Both the position numbers and the translations under genes were made by a program. A DNA stretch of 32,000 bases, taken from positions 196 to 32,195 of the forward strand of contig JAWDMD010000002.1 in NCBI GenBank assembly GCA_046536775.1, read 5' to 3'. Source of the DNA: Candidatus Nanopusillus sp. (lineage in GTDB: Archaea; Nanobdellota; Nanobdellia; Nanobdellales; Nanobdellaceae). The stretch's first letter is position 1. Each line of letters begins with the position of its first letter. Positions 27,080 through 32,000 of this stretch are shown in pieces. The notes under the pieces were generated by a model. That model had not been told where the DNA came from, did not search any database, and worked only from the letters and a program-made list of their open reading frames with translations.

Positions 27080-27087
27080 TTTATAAT
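27080..27087 (+). promoter_or_regulatory. Putative TATA box for the archaellin gene at 27110
   Basis: TTTATAAT is centred about 27 nt upstream of the ATG, consistent with a leaderless transcript. Confidence 0.3.
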
Positions 27088-27109
27088 GTTTAAAATCTTT
27101 TAATTCATT

Positions 27110-27961
27110 ATGGTAAGGGCACAGTTTGGTTTGTCAACATTAATTATATTAATAGCAATAATAGTAACGGCAGCAGTAGCGGCTGGTGTAATAATATATA
27201 CAGCAAGTTCTCTCCAATCAAAAGCACTACAAACAGGTGCACAAGCTGAGCAAAGAATAACAACAGGTATGCAAATTACACAAGTATTTGGATATCAATA
27301 TGATCCATCAAGTGGCCAATTAAATAATTATTTACAGCAAATAACCGCTTTAGGACCGGTTGTATCATTAATGCCAGGTTCTAATCCAATTAATTTTGAA
27401 TATGTAAGTACTTTAATTACAGATAGCAATGGAGATGTATATTCATATGCACCTTCACAATATGAGCCTACAGCAATATATGGTGTACTGCAAGGAGGAA
27501 GCTTTATAATAACAGGATTTATGTTTAATGATCAGGTAAATGTATTAAATGTAACAATAAACAATTCACAAGAATGTTCTGCACTAAATAATCTTACAAA
27601 TCAATATATATACACAAACTTTACATATATAAATGGAACTTTAGTTTCATGTATAATAGGATTAAATTCTTCAATAATTGGATATCCATTGAGTATAAAT
27701 CAAGTATTCCAAATATTGCAATCAATGAATGAAGCCGGAATTCAAAACCCATATGCAGTAATCGGGTTATCTGTGAGTCAGGAAAGTGTATATTTAACAA
27801 CTGGAGAATTATATGAGATAATATATTATCTATCTAATGGATTATCAACAAACGAAAACTATAATATACAAATAACACCAGTAAATGGATATACATCTCA
27901 ATATGGTGGAGCTATACCAGCAGTCTTATCCCAATCAGTAGTTTCTTTGGGAGGAAGTTAA
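27110..27961 (+). CDS. arlB: Archaellin (archaeal flagellin, ArlB/FlaB)
   Basis: MVRA|QFGLSTLIILIAIIVTAAVAAGVIIYTASSLQSKALQTGAQAEQRITTGMQITQVFGY closely follows the canonical archaellin N-terminus (GIGTLIVFIAMVLVAAVAA..LI.T.G.LQQKA..TG.E...QV.SGLQV). The C-terminus is QITPVNGYTSQYGGAIPAVL. Multiple sequons are present (NVT, NNS, NLT, NFT, NGT, NSS). Confidence 0.85.
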   Translation: MVRAQFGLSTLIILIAIIVTAAVAAGVIIYTASSLQSKALQTGAQAEQRITTGMQITQVFGYQYDPSSGQLNNYLQQITALGPVVSLMPGSNPINFEYVSTLITDSNGDVYSYAPSQYEPTAIYGVLQGGSFIITGFMFNDQVNVLNVTINNSQECSALNNLTNQYIYTNFTYINGTLVSCIIGLNSSIIGYPLSINQVFQILQSMNEAGIQNPYAVIGLSVSQESVYLTTGELYEIIYYLSNGLSTNENYNIQITPVNGYTSQYGGAIPAVLSQSVVSLGGS

Positions 27962-27996
27962 AGATTTTAACTTTTTTAATTATCTTATAATTTATT

Positions 27997-28069
27997 GCCG
28001 CCGTAGCTCAGCTGGTAGAGCGGTGGACCTGTAATCCACAGGTCGTGGGTTCAAGCCCCACCGGCGGCA
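27997..28069 (+). tRNA. tRNA, read as Thr (anticodon UGU) with non-canonical C33
   Basis: Clean 73-nt cloverleaf: acceptor GCCGCCG/CGGCGGC, D arm GCUC-AGCUGGUA-GAGC, anticodon stem GUGGA/UCCAC, loop CCUGUAA, T arm GUGGG-UUCAAGC-CCCAC, discriminator A, followed by T5. With a standard 7-nt loop, positions 34-36 are UGU and position 33 is C rather than the near-universal U. Confidence 0.75.
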
Positions 28070-28101
28070 TTTTTATATATTTTTTACAATTTAAGATTTA
28101 G

Positions 28102-28530
28102 ATGAAAAGAGTATTATATAAAGATAAGGTATTTTTATCAGAAGATAAGATTTTATATTTCTATGAAGTTTTATATTTATTAGAAAAAAAAGAAATTGAA
28201 GTATATGATGAGAAAAATAATAAATTAGATATAGATTATTTTCTAGAAGATGAAAAAATTGAGTTATATTATGATGTATATAAGTATTTTAGAGAAAAAA
28301 ATTATTATTTGGGTACGGGATTAAAATTTGGTGGTATATTTAGAATATACGAAGATATCGAAGAACATTCAAAATGGGTTGCTATTCCAATAAATATTAA
28401 TGAAAAAATAGATATATATGATTTTTTAGCAAAAAATAGAGTTGCACATAGTACTAGAAAAAGAATTTTATATTGTGTAAAGGATAATAATAATTATAGG
28501 TTTTTAGAAATAAGATGGAAAAAATTGTAG
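28102..28530 (+). CDS. endA: tRNA-splicing endonuclease, catalytic (alpha) subunit
   Basis: GLKFGGIFRIYEDIEEHSKWVAIPI...RVAHSTRKRILYCV aligns by eye with the EndA catalytic domain (GLKYGADFRLYE...HS.YLV...RVAHSVRKKLL). The Tyr/His/Lys triad is retained. Confidence 0.8.
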   Translation: MKRVLYKDKVFLSEDKILYFYEVLYLLEKKEIEVYDEKNNKLDIDYFLEDEKIELYYDVYKYFREKNYYLGTGLKFGGIFRIYEDIEEHSKWVAIPININEKIDIYDFLAKNRVAHSTRKRILYCVKDNNNYRFLEIRWKKL

Positions 28531-28985
28531 TTAGAGAATTTAATAATAAATTTATTTTAAATAAGGAATTTTATGATAAAATAGGAAGAATTGGGAAAAT
28601 GGATAAAGATCATATTATTTTAGAACCGGAAGAGTCTTTATATTGTATAAAAAAAGGATGGATAAAATTAGAAGGAATAAATAACTTTTTGGATTTTATT
28701 AAAAAATACGAAAATATTCTAAATATGAAGAAATTTTATGTATTCGAAGATTTAAGAAATAAAGGATATTATCTAGATATAGAAAATGACTCAATTATCC
28801 TATATACAGATTATAAAAAAGAAAAGATCTTATACTATGTTTATCCAATATATGAAAATGAATTCTTATATATTAAAGATATTTTAAATTTTATGAATTC
28901 AAAGAATCTAAATAAAATTTTATTGGCAATAATTGATATAGAAAATGATATAGTTTATTATGAAATAAATGAATTGTTTTTATAA
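28515..28985 (+). CDS. tRNA-splicing endonuclease, structural (beta) subunit
   Basis: YVFEDLRNKGYYL and the C-terminal LLAIIDIENDIVYYEI match the EndA fold (LLIAIVDADGDIVYY). The catalytic His and the S.RK element are missing. It overlaps the alpha gene by 16 nt. Confidence 0.6.
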   Translation: MEKIVVREFNNKFILNKEFYDKIGRIGKMDKDHIILEPEESLYCIKKGWIKLEGINNFLDFIKKYENILNMKKFYVFEDLRNKGYYLDIENDSIILYTDYKKEKILYYVYPIYENEFLYIKDILNFMNSKNLNKILLAIIDIENDIVYYEINELFL

Positions 28986-29007
28986 AACTTTTTAACTATT
29001 TTTCTTA

Positions 29008-30378
29008 ATGGAAAGAGACCATATAGATATTGGAGATGATTTGGATATATTGGTAAAGCATGACAGGAGGATAGAAAAGTTAAATAGGAATTTTGGTGAT
29101 CTTTTGGGAAAAGGTTTACAATTATTTTCTTTAGGAGGTGGATTAACATATTATATATTATCTCAAATATTGACAGATTTTCATCTTAAAAGAGGATACT
29201 ATTTGGTAAGAACCCCCTTTATTACAAATACATTATTATATCAGATTTCAGGTCATCTTTCATATTATAAACAAAATATGTACATATTTAATATAGAAGA
29301 TGAAGAATTTGCAATTAAACCAATGAATTGTCCACATCATATATTAATTTTCACTAATTTATTAGAAAAATATAGAAAAATAAAATTACCTTTTAGAACA
29401 TTTGAATTAGGTACTGTACATAGATATGAACCTTCAGGAAGTGTTTATGGATTATTAAGGGTGAGATCTTTTACACAAGATGATTCTCATGTATTTATTA
29501 CTCCAAATTTATTGGAAAAGGAAATTGAAAAGTTAATGGATGAAATGATAATATTATATGAGAAAGTATTTAATATAAATTTAAAATCATCAGAATTTAA
29601 GGTAAGATTAAGTTTACATGATCCAAATAAGATGGATGAATATTCTGGTTCTAAAGAAGATTGGGAATATGTTGAAAATGTAATGAGAAATGTAATAAAT
29701 AAATTATCAAACAAATATAATTTTTCTACTTATGAAGGAATTGGAGAAGCTGCATTTTATGGTCCAAAATATGATTTTACATTAAAAATTGGGGAAAAAG
29801 AATGGCAATTAGGTACTATACAATTAGATTTCAATTTACCAAAGAACTTTAAACTTATTGAATTAGTAAAGGATTATTTTGGAATAGATAATTTATATAT
29901 AATTCATAGAGCCTATTTAGGATCTATAGAAAGATTTATTGGTGCATATTTAGAATCATTTAAGGGAAGATTACCATTTGTATTAACTCCAATTCAGGTT
30001 GCAATATTAGATATATTTACTGGAAATAAAGAAAAAGATAATAAAATAAAAGAATATGCAATGAAAATATATAATAATTTGAAAAATAAAGAGATTAGAG
30101 TTGTAAATATTGAAACTACGAAAACACAATTGAGTAATATGACAAGAATACTAGAATCAACATATAAACCATATATTATAATATATATTGGAGAAAAAGA
30201 AGTAAATGATAATATATATTCAATAAGATATTATAATATAAATAGTAAAAATATTGAGGAAAAGAAAATAAAAGAAGAAGAAGTATATAATTTAATTGAA
30301 GGATTTGAAAAGCCATTGGAAGAATTAAATAATAAGAAATATAGAATATTTGAAGATTTTAACTTTATATTTGAATGA
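29008..30378 (+). CDS. thrS: Threonyl-tRNA synthetase, catalytic core plus anticodon-binding domain only (no editing domain)
   Basis: It begins at the RDH..(I/L)G element that opens the class II core. Other blocks are YYLVRTPFI, SGHLSYYKQNMY, IKPMNCPHH and HRYEPSGSVYGLLRVRSFTQDDSHVF. The 456-aa length leaves no room for TGS or editing domains. Confidence 0.85.
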   Translation: MERDHIDIGDDLDILVKHDRRIEKLNRNFGDLLGKGLQLFSLGGGLTYYILSQILTDFHLKRGYYLVRTPFITNTLLYQISGHLSYYKQNMYIFNIEDEEFAIKPMNCPHHILIFTNLLEKYRKIKLPFRTFELGTVHRYEPSGSVYGLLRVRSFTQDDSHVFITPNLLEKEIEKLMDEMIILYEKVFNINLKSSEFKVRLSLHDPNKMDEYSGSKEDWEYVENVMRNVINKLSNKYNFSTYEGIGEAAFYGPKYDFTLKIGEKEWQLGTIQLDFNLPKNFKLIELVKDYFGIDNLYIIHRAYLGSIERFIGAYLESFKGRLPFVLTPIQVAILDIFTGNKEKDNKIKEYAMKIYNNLKNKEIRVVNIETTKTQLSNMTRILESTYKPYIIIYIGEKEVNDNIYSIRYYNINSKNIEEKKIKEEEVYNLIEGFEKPLEELNNKKYRIFEDFNFIFE

Positions 30379-30932
30379 AAAAGATTGATGAAGGTTGGCA
30401 TTCTGAGATTTTTTTAACAGAAAATGGTACAATAATAAAAAAATTTAGGAATAAATTATATAAAAACTACGAAAAAGAAAAATATTTTTTAGATTTTTTA
30501 AGTAATTATGGTTTTGTTCCAAAAATAATCTCTTATAATGATAAAAATTTGGAAATAGAAATGGAATATATTGACGGGAAAAAATTTGAAGATTTAGACA
30601 TAGAAGAAAAGAAAAAATATTTAGATAGTATTTTAGATATTTTATTTTTATTAGATAGATTAAAAATTGAAAAAGGAGAAATGGGAAGGCCTTATCAACA
30701 TATAATTATTAAAGATAATAAAATTTATTTAATAGATTGGGAAAGAGCAAGATTAAAGGATAATCCCTCAAATATAACACAATTTATACAATATTTAATA
30801 AGTGATAAAATAATCAATATTAATCAGGATTTAATAAATTTATTAAGAGAATATAAAAAATTTTATTCTGAAGAAATATTTAATAAAATTAAAGAAAAAA
30901 TTAAAAGTATATTAAATAATAGAGGATATTAA
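30375..30932 (+). CDS. Small atypical protein-kinase-fold protein (RIO/Bud32-like)
   Basis: 185 aa. The N-terminus GWHSEIFLTENGTIIKKF resembles a glycine-loop plus Lys region, with MEYIDGKKF as the hinge. EMGRPYQHIIIKDNKIYLIDWERA resembles the catalytic/DFG-equivalent region of small archaeal kinases, and NPSNITQF follows. I cannot separate Bud32 from other small kinases by eye. Confidence 0.45.
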   Translation: MKKIDEGWHSEIFLTENGTIIKKFRNKLYKNYEKEKYFLDFLSNYGFVPKIISYNDKNLEIEMEYIDGKKFEDLDIEEKKKYLDSILDILFLLDRLKIEKGEMGRPYQHIIIKDNKIYLIDWERARLKDNPSNITQFIQYLISDKIININQDLINLLREYKKFYSEEIFNKIKEKIKSILNNRGY

Positions 30933-31003
30933 GCCTCCGTGGTGTAGTGGCAGCATACGGGACTGTCGATCCCGCGACCCGGGTTCAAATCCCGGCGGGG
31001 GCG
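30933..31003 (+). tRNA. tRNA-Asp (anticodon GUC)
   Basis: Acceptor GCCUCCG/CGGGGGC (one G-U pair), anticodon stem CGGGA/UCCCG with loop CUGUCGA, T arm CCGGG-UUCAAAU-CCCGG, discriminator G, followed by T6. It starts on the base right after the stop codon of the upstream CDS. Confidence 0.88.
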
Positions 31004-31020
31004 TTTTTTAATAAAAATGA

Positions 31021-31893
31021 TTAAAATTCATTCAATATATATCTCTTAGCAATTTCATTTGCAAATAACAATCTATCTTTATTATCTAAATTCTTTAGAT
31101 ATCCGTGGAAATTTCCAGCATTCCAAGTATCGCCTGCACCTGTTAATATCATTGGTTTAACTTTCTCAATTTTTATATATATCTCTGATGGTAAAGAATA
31201 AACAAAATCTGAAGAATGAATGTCTAGATGTTCTATATTTAATATTTTATATAATTTATTTGCTAGATCTAACAAATTTTCATAATTCAATTTAAGGAAG
31301 TTTCCTAAATATTCCAATTCATATTCATTTAAACTTAAAACCCAAATTTTATTTTCTTTCAATATTTTAATTAATTCATTTAAATTTTCAATATTTATTG
31401 AAGGATCACCTATATCCAAATAAATTTTAGCATCTCTATTTAAATTAATTATATATTTTAATAATTCATTGGATTTTTTATTATTATTCCAATTTCCAAA
31501 GAATATATATTTTGTTTTCTTTAATATTTTTTCATATTTTTCTATTTCATCAATTCCAATTTGAATACCTTTTGGATCTGTTACCATAATTCTATCATCA
31601 TCTTCTAAACTAATAGTAATGGAAATATCTGTATATATTGGTAAAAATCTTATCTTTAATTTTCTATCTTTTATATATTGTCTAAATATTAATTCTGAAA
31701 TTTTATTACATCCAGCTATTAATTTATTTTTAATTCCAATTTTACTTAATGCAATTGAAAAATTTGCAGCATTCCCTCCAATTTTTAATTTGATCTCCTG
31801 ATTTATGTTCCCAGTATTTTTATTTATATCTATTCTCTTTGTAATTATATCTAAAAATAGATCTGGAAGGGATATTATTGAATTTTGTTTCAT
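31021..31893 (-). CDS. PfkB-family carbohydrate kinase (ribokinase-like fold)
   Basis: N-terminal GGNAANFSIALSKIG and the C-terminal TGAGDTWNAGNF (the GAGD anion-hole motif) are the two PfkB signatures. Length 290 aa. The substrate is not inferable. Confidence 0.8.
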   Translation of the reverse strand: MKQNSIISLPDLFLDIITKRIDINKNTGNINQEIKLKIGGNAANFSIALSKIGIKNKLIAGCNKISELIFRQYIKDRKLKIRFLPIYTDISITISLEDDDRIMVTDPKGIQIGIDEIEKYEKILKKTKYIFFGNWNNNKKSNELLKYIINLNRDAKIYLDIGDPSINIENLNELIKILKENKIWVLSLNEYELEYLGNFLKLNYENLLDLANKLYKILNIEHLDIHSSDFVYSLPSEIYIKIEKVKPMILTGAGDTWNAGNFHGYLKNLDNKDRLLFANEIAKRYILNEF

Positions 31894-32000
31894 ATATAAT
31901 ATAACTTATTAATCCAATATATACATTTGCTAATATTGCTGAAGCAATTGCTCCAGATAGTTTAAAGTTTGATATTAATATAATATCTGTAATTATTGAA

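Noticed and set aside
27997-28069. Reading this tRNA as Tyr (GUA)
   Set aside because: That reading needs a 9-nt anticodon loop and a 4-bp stem. The acceptor and D arms resemble Thr-type rather than archaeal Tyr-type (C1-G72) tRNAs. It is kept as Thr-UGU with C33, flagged for checking.
30386-30406. TGATGA followed 11 nt later by CTGA (C/D-box-like)
   Set aside because: The box is preceded by U rather than a purine, the spacer is 11 nt, and no C'/D' pair follows. It sits at the 5' end of a CDS. Similar isolated ATGATGA hits (for example near 9923, 21393, 21540, 22187, 22359 and 28205) also lack a correctly spaced CUGA.
1-32000. Mobile elements, integrases, toxin-antitoxin or known defence-system genes
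   Set aside because: No transposase, integrase, nuclease or Cas-like motifs were recognised in any ORF. No terminal inverted repeats flank any block. Apart from the archaellin ORFs, composition looks uniform to the eye.

Overview
The window is very AT-rich and tightly packed, and its content is archaeal. The only GC-rich islands are four tRNA genes: Gln-UUG, Glu-UUC, Asp-GUC and a probable Thr-UGU. Most genes are information-processing housekeeping genes: RtcB ligase, an uninterrupted family-B DNA polymerase, Pelota, aIF2-alpha, Nop10, a PAC2-like chaperone, L44e, a GINS-like subunit, TmcA, SufB, an m5U RNA methyltransferase, a TtuA/Ncs6-type PP-loop enzyme and a PfkB kinase. Several traits together point to a hyperthermophilic Nanoarchaeota-like reduced genome; this is inference, not a database result. 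They are a stand-alone reverse-gyrase helicase half, adjacent catalytic and structural subunits of a heteromeric tRNA splicing endonuclease, and a threonyl-tRNA synthetase lacking its editing domain. Accessory content is cell-surface related. It includes an A24 prepilin/prearchaellin peptidase, two archaellins plus a pilin-like protein sharing a [KR][GA]|Q class III signal, and three ORFan N-anchored proteins rich in N-X-S/T sequons (12874-15629). Inside that cluster a perfect 183-bp segment of one gene is duplicated. Two items are absent from the ORF track: a textbook C/D box sRNA on the minus strand (10764-10813) and Nop10 (16437-16613). I saw no CRISPR array, transposase, integrase or recognisable defence genes. 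The best candidate for something undescribed is the surface-protein cluster, possibly a host-contact module, and that remains a hypothesis.
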